A stretch of 64,000 nt of DNA from a bacterium (GTDB lineage: Bacteria > UBA8248), in assembly GCA_965200245.1 (NCBI GenBank), contig CBDATS010000004.1, positions 1 through 64,000 on the forward strand, read 5' to 3'. Both the position numbers and the translations under genes were made by a program. Below are positions 1 through 9,574 of this stretch, piece by piece. Every line of letters starts with the position of its first letter. Position 1 is the stretch's first letter. The notes beneath the pieces are model-generated. The model saw only the letters and a program-made list of their open reading frames with translations, searched no databases and was not told the DNA's origin.

Positions 1-1742
1 TCACTGAAAGAACGTAAAACGGCCTGGCCGCATTCTGCAAATTCGGCCTCGCCCGAGAGTTTCGCCAACTTCAACAAGCCCAGCGCCGCCATCGAATTCC
101 CGCTCGGAACGGCGCCGTCTTGCGTCATCTTCTTGCGCACGATGAGTTGTTCATGATCGTGGGCTGTAAAGAAGAAAGCGCCGTCCGCATCATCCCGGTA
201 GCGGGATATCATCTCCCGCGCCAAATCCGAAGCCGCTCGAATCCACCGGGTCTCAAAGCTCGCCTCATACAAATCCAACAGTCCGGGAATCAGAAAAGCA
301 TAATCATCCAGATACGCATTGAACCTGCTCACGCCTTCACGGTGGCTCCTGAGCAAACCCCGCTCATCGCGCATGTTGTTCAAGATAAAATCCGCCGCCT
401 TGCCCGCCTCTTCCACATACGGAGGATGTTCCAGAATCCTGCCCGCCAAGGCCATCGAACCGACCATCAGCCCATTCCAACTCGTGAGAATCTTGTCATC
501 CAGACCCGGTTTCACACGCCGCTCGCGCTCGGCGAAGAGCTTTGCACGGCCTCTTTGCAATACTCCGTAGAGTTCCTCTTCCGAAATGCCCAGTTCCTCG
601 GAAAAAGCGCGGGGTGGTTTCTGAATAAACAAGGCGGAGGTATTGCCCTCGAAGTTGCCTTCCTCCGTCACGCTGTAAAAACGGCAGAATATGTCCGCTT
701 CTTCTTTGCCGAGAATTTCCTCTATTTCCTCAGGACGCCAGACGAAGAACTTGCCCTCCTCGCCCTCGCTGTCAGCGTCCTGCGCAGAGTAGAATCCGCC
801 GCCCGGGCTGGTCATCTCCCGCAAAACGTAATCAAGCGTATCCGCGACCACGGATCGGTAAAACGCGCTTCCCGTCGCCTGGTAGGCCTCGATATAGACT
901 CTGGAAAGAAGGGCGTTGTCATAGAGCATCTTCTCGAAGTGGGGGATGAGCCAATACGCATCCACACTGTAGCGGTGAAAACCACCGCCGAGTTGATCAT
1001 ACATACCACCCAGCGCCATTCTTTTAAGTGTCAACTCGACCATGTTCAGCAATTCCTGATCCGGAGATCGTTTCCATTTTCTCAAAAGAAGCATCAGCGC
1101 CATGGAGGGCGGGAACTTCGGAGCACGTCCGAAACCGCCCCAGGCAGAGTCGAATCGCTCCTTGAGTTCCTTTGCTGCCTGATCGATCCACTCCGTTTTT
1201 AAATCACCCTTTGCGTCGGCCACGAATTCCATCTGCCGCAGGTTCGCTGTGATGCTCTCCGCGTTCGTATGCAAATCGTCTTGTCTCGTGCGGTAGATTT
1301 CGGCCAGTTTCAAGAGCACGTTCCTGAAACCTGGTCTCCCCCACTTGTCATGCGGCGGAAAATACGTGCCGCCGAAGAATGGTCTCAGATCCGGGAGCAG
1401 AAAAACGCTCATGGGCCAGCCTCCCTGACCCGTCATCATCTGCACCGCTTCCATGTAAATGCCGTCGATATCAGGACGTTCTTCCCGGTCCACCTTGATG
1501 GACACGAAATGCTCGTTCAGGATTGCCGCGATTCCCTCATCCTCGAAGCTCTCATGCTCCATCACGTGGCACCAATGGCAGGCGGAATAGCCGACGGACA
1601 AGAAAATGGGCTTGTTTTCTTCTCTTGACTTACGAAGCGAATCCTCGCCCCAGGGATACCAATGCACCGGATTGTACTGATGCTGCAGGAGGTAGGGACT
1701 CGTCTCCTGGGCGAGACGGTTCTTCTGTCGGGGTTGATTCAT
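1..1742 (-). CDS. yyaL: Thioredoxin-domain / DUF255 YyaL-like protein (runs off the window, 3' partial)
   Basis: Manual minus-strand translation from 1742: [33 protein letters not shown]...[23 protein letters not shown], the characteristic YyaL N-terminus. Absent from the ORF track because no stop lies in the window. Confidence 0.9.
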   Translation of the reverse strand, partial: MNQPRQKNRLAQETSPYLLQHQYNPVHWYPWGEDSLRKSREENKPIFLSVGYSACHWCHVMEHESFEDEGIAAILNEHFVSIKVDREERPDIDGIYMEAVQMMTGQGGWPMSVFLLPDLRPFFGGTYFPPHDKWGRPGFRNVLLKLAEIYRTRQDDLHTNAESITANLRQMEFVADAKGDLKTEWIDQAAKELKERFDSAWGGFGRAPKFPPSMALMLLLRKWKRSPDQELLNMVELTLKRMALGGMYDQLGGGFHRYSVDAYWLIPHFEKMLYDNALLSRVYIEAYQATGSAFYRSVVADTLDYVLREMTSPGGGFYSAQDADSEGEEGKFFVWRPEEIEEILGKEEADIFCRFYSVTEEGNFEGNTSALFIQKPPRAFSEELGISEEELYGVLQRGRAKLFAERERRVKPGLDDKILTSWNGLMVGSMALAGRILEHPPYVEEAGKAADFILNNMRDERGLLRSHREGVSRFNAYLDDYAFLIPGLLDLYEASFETRWIRAASDLAREMISRYRDDADGAFFFTAHDHEQLIVRKKMTQDGAVPSGNSMAALGLLKLAKLSGEAEFAECGQAVLRSFS

Positions 1743-1837
1743 GAATTCCTCATATATGCGGGGAAAAGCCCATTTGCAGACGAATATCTGTCAACAGGTT
1801 ATGGGAGAATGCTCAACAAAACAATTGGGAATTACAT

Positions 1838-2192
1838 ACGCAGAAAAATTTCTTGCGTTTCCACCGGAATGTCCCGTATCCTGTTCATGATGCAAAAGAA
1901 AAACGAAAGCAGCGTGGGTGTCAACCCATACCCATTTCTCTCGGGAAAGGAGACCAGGATGAAATCTGCTACAGAGATGCGGCAGCAGCTGAGTGAGAAG
2001 GCAGGCACGGACGAGGCGTTCCGGCAGAAACTGCTCGACGACCCGCGCGGCACGATCGAAAGCGAGTTCGATGTCGCCCTGCCGGCCGGTTTTTCGGTTT
2101 CGGTGCTCGAGGACAGTGCGGATCATGCGCATCTGGTGATCCCGCCCTCGTCGCTGATCCCCGACAGCGACCTCGAGAGCGTCAGCGGCGGG
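1838..2192 (+). repeat. 355-bp repeat copy A (inverted partner at 8068-8422): upstream region, RBS and full NHLP leader
   Basis: Matches the reverse complement of 8068-8422 by eye; ORF translations are identical up to ...DLESVSGG. Confidence 0.93.
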
Positions 2193-2228
2193 ATAGACCG
2201 GTGGGGTAGCCACGACTACGGCCCCTGA
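1959..2228 (+). CDS. NHLP-leader (proteusin-type) RiPP precursor A, core IDRWGSHDYGP
   Basis: KAGTDEAFRQKLLDDPR...LPAGFSVSVLEDSADHAHLVIPP...DSDLESVSGG leader with double-Gly motif; AAGGAG RBS upstream. Confidence 0.9.
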   Translation: MKSATEMRQQLSEKAGTDEAFRQKLLDDPRGTIESEFDVALPAGFSVSVLEDSADHAHLVIPPSSLIPDSDLESVSGGIDRWGSHDYGP

Positions 2229-2268
2229 CCCTGGCGGGGGGATCTCGCGGGCGTCAGCGGCGGCGCCT

Positions 2269-2469
2269 GAGAAAGCAGAGGCCAGCGAGGAGTTCCGCGC
2301 CCGCCTGCTCGCTGACCCGAAGGCCGTGGTATCCGAGGAGGTCGGAATCGCTCTTCCGGATGATTGTAACCTCCATGTCGTGTCGGATGACGCGGAAAAC
2401 GGCTATCTGGTACTCCCGCCTGCGCCCCGACTCACCGAGGAACAGCTGGCGTCCGTCCAGGGCGGATAG
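2269..2469 (+). pseudogene. Headless, core-less NHLP leader remnant
   Basis: EKAEASEEFRARLLADPKAVVSEEVGIALPDDCNLHVVSDDAENGYLVLPPAPRLTEEQLASVQGG*; no start codon, stop directly after GG. Confidence 0.85.
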
Positions 2470-2473
2470 AAGC

Positions 2474-3013
2474 TTAAGGTATCAAGTCTTCCGGGATTTC
2501 AGTATGTGATTCCCAAACAATTTCCCTCTGAGGGGAGATTTGCACGAGTGTTTCCACGCGCCCGTCCCCGCGAATATGCGAGATGTTTTCACCGCGACCC
2601 TCTGACCAGGCCGTAGATATCAGATGCAGACGATGACAGTTTCTCGGGTTCTCCTCCGCGCAGAGAATCGCTGTGGGTTCTTTTTCCACCTGCGTCCCAA
2701 GACGCTCCATGGCGCGGATGAAACCCGCATCGCGCCTTACCTGCGCCCAGTCAATTCGCCCCTTGTCGCCAAAAAATTCCGGATTTTGTCTGATATTGCG
2801 CTTCCCACCCAACAACTCTCCTTCCCATATGTACGCGATATCCCGAGATTCCAAATACAGGCTCAATTTCTCTTTGTTGAACTGTGGGTTTCTCCTGCTG
2901 TAGGGAATGCTACGCACGTCCACCACGCATGCGATGCCGTGGCGAAACAGCAAGTCCAGGAGTTTTTCCCCGCTGTGGTTGCTGTGGCCTATCGTCCAGA
3001 GTGGATGCTTCAA
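2474..3013 (-). CDS. DUF488 family protein
   Basis: WTIGHSNH...VVDVRSIPYSRRNPQFNKE...ILCAEENPRNCHR; TTG start at 3013 inferred. Confidence 0.85.
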   Translation of the reverse strand: MKHPLWTIGHSNHSGEKLLDLLFRHGIACVVDVRSIPYSRRNPQFNKEKLSLYLESRDIAYIWEGELLGGKRNIRQNPEFFGDKGRIDWAQVRRDAGFIRAMERLGTQVEKEPTAILCAEENPRNCHRLHLISTAWSEGRGENISHIRGDGRVETLVQISPQREIVWESHTEIPEDLIP

Positions 3014-4349
3014 GCAAGCCCCCCATGAGAGTAGCCGCAACCTCGCATCCACGATGAAAAATTTCCACGTCGATGTTTTCATCCGGCGCATGGGCGTTCG
3101 AATCGGCATTGGCGAGAGGGAACCAGACGGAGGGAATCCCCAGGTCTCTCGTGAACATGCTGTCGGGAACACTGCCGCCGAAGTTCGGGTATATGACTGG
3201 CTCGACTCCGTAACCGCCGACGGCCTGTATTACCTTCTGCACATGGGGGTCGTCCGCCGGAGTCTTGCTGGCGTCGAAGGTTGCCATTTTACGGACCTCG
3301 ATATCACCGAACCCTTCTGCCTTCAGAAACGAACACACATCTTCGAAAAGCACATCCGGGTTCTGATCTACAACAAGGCGGAAGTCCAGCTTGGCGCGCG
3401 CGGAGCCTGGAAGGACTGTTTTCATGCCATCGCTGGAATACCCACCCTGAAAACCACAGATATTCAGATTCGGCCTGGTGAGAGAACTGGCATAAAATGC
3501 GGAAAGTTCCGGGATCCGGTCGGCCCCTTCACCGATGGCAGCCCGGAGTTCCGTCTCCGGGTCGGGGATTCCCTCAAGTGCATTCCGGTCCGCGTCGCTA
3601 ACCGGAAGCACGGAATCGTAAAACCCGGGTATGCGCACCTTGCCCTCGCGAGTTCGCAGACATTGCACGGCCTCCATGAGACGCCAGAATGGATTCGGGA
3701 CAGGCCCGCCATACGTCCCCGAATGGAGGTCCTTTCCTACTCCGTGCGCGAGCAGTTCGATGTAGAGCAACCCCCTGCAGCCCAGGGAAAGTGTCGGTCT
3801 GCCCGAGGGGTGCAAGGAGCCATCCGATGAGCACGCGATATCCGCTTTCAACAATTTCCTGTTCGCTTGTATGAATTTCCTCAGGCTGGGAGAGCCCATT
3901 TCCTCCTCACCCTCTATCAAAAACTTGAGATTGACAGGCATCTCCGTTTTCGTCTCGTGGTATGCTTCAACCGCCTTGATCTGAGCGAAATGCTGGCCCT
4001 TGTTGTCTCCCGACCCGCGTGCAAAGAGGCGGCCATCACGTACCTGTGGTTCAAAAGGCTCGGAACTCCAGCCCTCATCCATACTGGCAGGCTGTACGTC
4101 GTAGTGGCCATAGATCAACACGGTCGGGGCATCTGGCGGTCCTTTCACTTCACCATATACGAGCGAAATACCCCCGGTCGGCAGAATCCTTGCATCAATG
4201 CCCGCTTCATTCATCAATCCCGCCAGATGCGCTGCCGCCTCCACTACACCGACCCCCAATGTGCTGATGGAAGGTATTTTGAGATATTCGATGAGTTCCG
4301 CCAGACTCTGTTCCCTTCTCGATCGCAGAAAATCAATCACCGCCGACAT
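2910..4349 (-). CDS. M20/M25/M40 family metallopeptidase (ArgE/DapE-like)
   Basis: LIYGHYDVQP, ARGSGDNKGQ, EGEEEMGS, NAHAPDEN motifs. Confidence 0.9.
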   Translation of the reverse strand: MSAVIDFLRSRREQSLAELIEYLKIPSISTLGVGVVEAAAHLAGLMNEAGIDARILPTGGISLVYGEVKGPPDAPTVLIYGHYDVQPASMDEGWSSEPFEPQVRDGRLFARGSGDNKGQHFAQIKAVEAYHETKTEMPVNLKFLIEGEEEMGSPSLRKFIQANRKLLKADIACSSDGSLHPSGRPTLSLGCRGLLYIELLAHGVGKDLHSGTYGGPVPNPFWRLMEAVQCLRTREGKVRIPGFYDSVLPVSDADRNALEGIPDPETELRAAIGEGADRIPELSAFYASSLTRPNLNICGFQGGYSSDGMKTVLPGSARAKLDFRLVVDQNPDVLFEDVCSFLKAEGFGDIEVRKMATFDASKTPADDPHVQKVIQAVGGYGVEPVIYPNFGGSVPDSMFTRDLGIPSVWFPLANADSNAHAPDENIDVEIFHRGCEVAATLMGGLLEASTLDDRPQQPQRGKTPGLAVSPRHRMRGGRA

Positions 4350-4473
4350 TCCACTCTCCTTTGCAAAGAACCACATTCGCCGAGGTGTTGCCGAAATTAT
4401 CCACCCAGCTTATCCTGAGAGATAGCTTGAACCTGCCAAATTCATTTGCTGCCGCGCAAAAACTGGATTTCGC

Positions 4474-5484
4474 ATGATTCGATCTGTTCTTAGCATAATT
4501 CATCGAGCCATCAAGGTCATCCGCCTTGGACGCCTGCTGTTTTTTATCATCGTCATGTTGATGGTGACAAGCTGCACCCGGCCCCGTACCCTGAACCTGG
4601 CTCCTGCTCCTGAAGGAAGCTACAACCACCAGGAGAGTTACGTCGAATTACCTTCCAGCATCGAAAACGCCAAGATAACGGGGTACCTGGTGCGCCCCTC
4701 GGTAGCGGGGAGATACCCCTGTGTCGTATTGCTTCACGGAAAAGGCGGTTGGTGGCAAGCATACATCCGTTATGCCCGGAAGCTCGCCAGCCATGGATTT
4801 TCATCTTTGGTCATCAATTACTACTCGGTTCATCAGGTGGACCTCGCAGGCCTTACAACGCCATTCGCCCAAAGAAAACTGAATTTCGAGCGCCAGAATG
4901 AAGACATCAACCGGGCTGTTTCCGCATTTTCGAAAAGCGCGCATTGCGTGCAACGCAAAATCGGTCTCGTCGGGTTCTCACTTGGTGCTGACAAGGCATT
5001 CCGCACGGCCGCATCGCTTCCGGAAGTCGGGGCCATAGTAGCTTATTATGGTCCCTACGATTATGCGGCTCTCATCAAAAAGCGCATCAGTTCCGTCGTT
5101 CTCGCCCTGGCCCCTGAAGATCTACTCCAGTGGAAAAATTACCTGGAAATTCACAGTCCCACTTCCAAGGTCAAGAACTCGAGAGCTTCCACCCTGATGT
5201 TCCATGGCGTGACGGACGGGATCATTCCTGTCCAACAATCATTTGCGATGATAAAAAAATTAAGGGCGCGAAAATCGGGCCACGCGGAATTGAAACTGTA
5301 CGAGGGAACCGGCCACAATTTCGTGCTTAGAAGAAGCACTCCCCGGGAAAGGGAAGACTCGATTCGGATCGCGTTGATTTTCCTCAAAAACCACTTGTCC
5401 CAAAACAGGGAATCACCCAAGGCGCAACATGTGGACAAAAAACGCGCCGACCTTCATCCCGGAAACGGCAAACAAGGCAGTTGA
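4474..5484 (+). CDS. Dienelactone hydrolase-like alpha/beta hydrolase, probable lipoprotein
   Basis: VVLLHG, GFSLG nucleophile elbow, FHGVTDGIIP, GTGHNF; hydrophobic stretch ending VTSC. Confidence 0.8.
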   Translation: MIRSVLSIIHRAIKVIRLGRLLFFIIVMLMVTSCTRPRTLNLAPAPEGSYNHQESYVELPSSIENAKITGYLVRPSVAGRYPCVVLLHGKGGWWQAYIRYARKLASHGFSSLVINYYSVHQVDLAGLTTPFAQRKLNFERQNEDINRAVSAFSKSAHCVQRKIGLVGFSLGADKAFRTAASLPEVGAIVAYYGPYDYAALIKKRISSVVLALAPEDLLQWKNYLEIHSPTSKVKNSRASTLMFHGVTDGIIPVQQSFAMIKKLRARKSGHAELKLYEGTGHNFVLRRSTPREREDSIRIALIFLKNHLSQNRESPKAQHVDKKRADLHPGNGKQGS

Positions 5485-5490
5485 CACCTC

Positions 5491-7716
5491 ATGGACACGA
5501 CACCGGACGGCAGACACGGCAAGAGCGAATCCTGGGTTCGCGAATGGGTGGGCTGGAGTGAACTCACTCCCGCCGGCAACGTTGAAGCAGGCGCATGGGG
5601 CACGTGGACAATCACCTTCCACGTCGGCAGATACGGTGTAGACGATGGCGGGACAATCATTCTCTCACGTCGCTTCGCAAGCGATTGGGCCAGGCCGCAA
5701 ACCGACGCACCCGACAAAATCCATTTTGCGAGTGCAACTACGAGCGGGAGTGCCTCCCTCAGGCTGAGATGGGACCCGAAATCGAATATCAGGCCCTGGC
5801 AGCAAGGTCTGGCTATCGATGTTTTTGACAGTTATCTGGCGGAAGGAGATACGGTTACCATCGCCCTGGGAGACAGAAGCGGGGGCTCTGCGGGCACACG
5901 TGCCCAAACCTTTTGCGAGAAGAATTTCCGCTTCCGTCTCTTCGTGGACTGTTTCGGCTCGAATCGATTCATCGAAGCGGCCGATACGCCTTCCTTCGCT
6001 ATCGTACCGGGAAAACCGGCCCGTCTCGTCATGCATGGCGCTACGGAACAAGCATATGGTGAGACTTCCTGGATGCAAATAAAACTGGAAGACATCTGGG
6101 GAAATCCATGTTACGGCATCGATGCGGAAGTCTTTCTCACCGCCGAGGAAGCCATATGCGAGGGACTGCCGGAAGTCGTCCAGTTGAAGCGTGACGGTCC
6201 CGCCGTTGTCCGACTTGATGGTCTCAGATGGGAACCGGGCAAGTGGGGACGGGTACGAGGCGATGCCGGTGGCGGCATCCCTGCAGCATACAGTAATTTT
6301 GTGCACGCCATGGAGAAAACCCACAAATGGAGACCATTCTGGGGTGATCTCCACGGCCAAAGTGAGGAAACGGTAGGCACAAATACCGCGGATGATTACT
6401 TTTCATTCGCCCGCGACATGGCGGGGGCGCAATTCTCCTGCCATCAAGGAAACGATTTCCAGGTTACGAAAGATACCTGGACCGACATTCGCGCGGCCAC
6501 AAGGAAATACAACGAACCGGGCCGTTTCATCACGTTCCTGGGGATCGAATGGTCCGCCGTAACAGCCATGGGAGGGGACAGGAACGTCATGTATCTGGGC
6601 GACGACGGCCCTCTGCATCGAACGAGTCATTGGCAACTCGATGACTGGGCCGATCAGGAAACGGACAGATACCCTCTCGATGCTCTATACGACGCAATGA
6701 GTGGACGCACAGACGTCACCTTGATTCCGCACATCGGGGGCCGGCGCGCGAGTCTGGACTATCACCACACAGAGCTTGAACGCGTCATGGAAATATATTC
6801 ATCGTGGGGAAGATTCGAATGGTTCGTGGAGGAAGCCCTGGAAAAGGGCTGGCGAGTGGGCATCACGGCGGGCAGCGATGGACACAAAGGGCGTCCCGGA
6901 GCCAGCTACCCGGGCGCGGCTATTTTCGGCGTCTATGGCGGTTACACCTGCATCTATGCGGAAGAGCTCACACGCGAGAGCCTGTGGGAAGCGATTCAGG
7001 CCAGGCGTATCTATGCAACAACGGGAAAGAAGATTCATCTTTCTTTCTCGGCCGGAAACCATTTCATGGGAGATGAATTCGAATCCACCGAACCGCCTGT
7101 TTTCAAAGTTCAGGCCATGGGCGAATGCGGTATTGAGTCTATAGAATTAAAGCGCGCCTCACAGACCATTTTGTCTTATCATCCAAAAGATGCGGAAGCC
7201 CGGAATGCAGACTGGTTCCGGGTATCCTGGAGCGGCGCCCGCATACACCAGCGCAACCGTCAAACCCACTGGCACGGCGGCTTAAGAGTCGATAAGGGAA
7301 GAATCGAGGAGCCCAGAAACTGGCAAGTGGATAACCTCGAAGAAGGGATACAGTCAGCCGATGATCGAAGTATACGTTGGTTGAGCCGCACGACCGGGGA
7401 TGCGGACGGCGTCGAGTTCCGCCTTTCGGACGGAGAAGGCTCGACTCTCTACTTCGAAACCGACGTTGTTTCCTTTGAGGTAAGACCAGACGACATCGGA
7501 GTCGTTCCTTATTTGGTGGACGCAGGCGGCGTGCGCCAACAGGTGGAAGTGCAGCGCATCAGCCCAACGCCAAGGAATCCTTACGCGAACGTCACTTTCA
7601 AAATCGATGAAAGCGACTTTAATGACGGCTGGAATCCTTATTTCATCAGATTGATGCAAGAAGATGGGGCATTGGCGTGGAGCAGCCCCATATTCGTGAA
7701 AAAGGTGAAAAAATGA
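5491..7716 (+). CDS. DUF3604 / PHP-like metallohydrolase domain protein
   Basis: WGDLHGQSEET, HQGNDF, GSDGHKGRPG, RRIYATTG, AWSSPI motifs. Confidence 0.8.
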   Translation: MDTTPDGRHGKSESWVREWVGWSELTPAGNVEAGAWGTWTITFHVGRYGVDDGGTIILSRRFASDWARPQTDAPDKIHFASATTSGSASLRLRWDPKSNIRPWQQGLAIDVFDSYLAEGDTVTIALGDRSGGSAGTRAQTFCEKNFRFRLFVDCFGSNRFIEAADTPSFAIVPGKPARLVMHGATEQAYGETSWMQIKLEDIWGNPCYGIDAEVFLTAEEAICEGLPEVVQLKRDGPAVVRLDGLRWEPGKWGRVRGDAGGGIPAAYSNFVHAMEKTHKWRPFWGDLHGQSEETVGTNTADDYFSFARDMAGAQFSCHQGNDFQVTKDTWTDIRAATRKYNEPGRFITFLGIEWSAVTAMGGDRNVMYLGDDGPLHRTSHWQLDDWADQETDRYPLDALYDAMSGRTDVTLIPHIGGRRASLDYHHTELERVMEIYSSWGRFEWFVEEALEKGWRVGITAGSDGHKGRPGASYPGAAIFGVYGGYTCIYAEELTRESLWEAIQARRIYATTGKKIHLSFSAGNHFMGDEFESTEPPVFKVQAMGECGIESIELKRASQTILSYHPKDAEARNADWFRVSWSGARIHQRNRQTHWHGGLRVDKGRIEEPRNWQVDNLEEGIQSADDRSIRWLSRTTGDADGVEFRLSDGEGSTLYFETDVVSFEVRPDDIGVVPYLVDAGGVRQQVEVQRISPTPRNPYANVTFKIDESDFNDGWNPYFIRLMQEDGALAWSSPIFVKKVKK

Positions 7717-8040
7717 CAGCGGACAAACTGCCTGTTCTCGACGAAAGTTGGCAGCAGGCACTGGTCACCACAGCGTATCGAGTTCAATGGAATTCAGCAC
7801 CTTGAGCACCGTCTCAAGCTGGGCGGTGAGGGCAAGGAAATCCCATACATCCTGATGACGGGCAGGAAGGCAGGCATTGACGGCATGTCGCCTGAAGAAA
7901 CCGGACCTTCCAGAGAAGAAGAAAAACAAAGCACCGCCATTACAAGCCCATAAGTTCTTTCTCAACGATCTCGCCCAAGGGTCCGAGCCCGTCGATTTCC
8001 TGACTCAAGAGGCTGTCAAGACGGGCAAACGTAGCGAATT

Positions 8041-8301
8041 TCAATGTACGTTATCGTACCATGGAGCCCCGCCGCTGACGCTCTCGAGGTCGCTGTCGGG
8101 GATCAGCGACGAGGGCGGGATCACCAGATGCGCATGATCCGCACTGTCCTCGAGCACCGAAACCGAAAAACCGGCCGGCAGGGCGACATCGAACTCGCTT
8201 TCGATCGTGCCGCGCGGGTCGTCGAGCAGTTTCTGCCGGAACGCCTCGTCCGTGCCTGCCTTCTCACTCAGCTGCTGCCGCATCTCTGTAGCAGATTTCA
8301 T
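8041..8301 (-). CDS. NHLP-leader RiPP precursor B, core APWYDNVH
   Basis: Leader identical to precursor A; different 8-aa core after VSGG. Confidence 0.9.
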   Translation of the reverse strand: MKSATEMRQQLSEKAGTDEAFRQKLLDDPRGTIESEFDVALPAGFSVSVLEDSADHAHLVIPPSSLIPDSDLESVSGGAPWYDNVH

Positions 8302-8422
8302 CCTGGTCTCCTTTCCCGAGAGAAATGGGTATGGGTTGACACCCACGCTGCTTTCGTTTTTCTTTTGCATCATGAACAGGATACGGGACATTCCGGTGGA
8401 AACGCAAGAAATTTTTCTGCGT
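8068..8422 (-). repeat. 355-bp repeat copy B (inverted copy of 1838-2192)
   Basis: Reverse complement match, same length as copy A. Confidence 0.93.
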
Positions 8423-8573
8423 TCCCCCAGGTTTTGTGCTGGACATTAAGAATTTCAAAAAAAAATCGCTACCAAAGGCTATATCTTCTCAAGCGAATTG
8501 GGTAGTATTCGCTTTCAGTTGGGCCGTACGCCACTATCCTATCGATTCAGAAACCTGATGGATGAGGGAATGA

Positions 8574-9518
8574 ATGCTTGACGACGCAACAAAACAGGAA
8601 CTAAGGGAAAAACATTACAACGCGACAGTCGTGGATATCGTCTGGCAGCATGACACGCTTGCATGTTTCCGTGTCAAACCTGATTTTGATTTTCCCGAAT
8701 ATAAATCGGGGCAATATACGACACTGGGCCTGGGCAATTGGGAGCCCCGCCATGAGGATGCCGTCAAGGAAAAAGAACTCGACGAAAACAGAATCAGGAG
8801 ACTGGGCAGACGCGCCTATTCCGTATCCCACCCCGTAGTCAACGGCTCGGGAGAGCTATATCCGACGAAAGATCTGGACTTTCTGGAATTCTACATCGTC
8901 ATGGTCATCGGTGTGGAAGGAGAACCCGCCCCTCTACTTACCCCGAGACTCTTTCTCCTGAAGCCCGGCGATCGCATTCACATGGGTCAAAAGTTTACCG
9001 GCGAATATACGCTGGAATGCATGAACGATATTCGGGATGACGAGAATTCCCTCGTCGTGTTCGCCGGCACCGGGACGGGAGAAGGCCCACACAACCACAT
9101 GATATGGGAGCTTCTTCGCACGGGCTACAAAGGCCAGGTTGCCAGCATCAACGTCGTACGCTACAAAGGCGACCTCGCATATGAAACCGTCTACAGAGAA
9201 CTTGAGAAGAAATATCCCCAGCTTTCATATCACGCGCTCACCACACGCGAGGCGGACACCATCAACAACAAGATATATGTGCAGGATTATCTGGCTACAG
9301 GCATATTTGAAGAAAAACTCGGCCGCAAGATGGACCCCGAAAACACGCATCTGTTCCTGTGCGGAAACCCCGCCATGATCGGCATCCCAAAAGTTCGTGA
9401 AGGCAATAAGATATGGCCTGAAGGCGCCCCAGGCGTCATCCAGATCATGGAAGATTGCGGTTTCACAATGGACTACGGCCGGACGAAAGGAAACATTCAT
9501 TACGAGAAATACTGGTAA
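8574..9518 (+). CDS. fpr: Ferredoxin--NADP+ reductase
   Basis: GQYTTLGL, RRAYS, GTGTGEGP, LCGNPAM, C-terminal EKYW. Confidence 0.88.
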   Translation: MLDDATKQELREKHYNATVVDIVWQHDTLACFRVKPDFDFPEYKSGQYTTLGLGNWEPRHEDAVKEKELDENRIRRLGRRAYSVSHPVVNGSGELYPTKDLDFLEFYIVMVIGVEGEPAPLLTPRLFLLKPGDRIHMGQKFTGEYTLECMNDIRDDENSLVVFAGTGTGEGPHNHMIWELLRTGYKGQVASINVVRYKGDLAYETVYRELEKKYPQLSYHALTTREADTINNKIYVQDYLATGIFEEKLGRKMDPENTHLFLCGNPAMIGIPKVREGNKIWPEGAPGVIQIMEDCGFTMDYGRTKGNIHYEKYW

Positions 9519-9574
9519 GACCTGCGTTTCGCATTTTACCTCAGTTCTCGTAGACGAACTGCCCAGGAGAACCC

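Noticed and set aside
120-1628. Long + strand ORFs (360 aa and 119 aa)
   Set aside because: Antisense shadows of the YyaL-like gene, which has clear motifs on the minus strand.
1662-1958. N-terminal extensions of the NHLP ORFs in the track
   Set aside because: The RBS and family architecture place the starts at 1959 and 8301.
2910-3013. About 100-bp overlap of the M20 peptidase and DUF488 genes
   Set aside because: Probably a lost or late stop codon; no sign of function.
2193-8067. Genes between the NHLP repeats as a RiPP tailoring cluster
   Set aside because: M20 peptidase, DUF488, hydrolase and DUF3604 are common stand-alone genes in mixed orientation; none is a recognised NHLP maturase.
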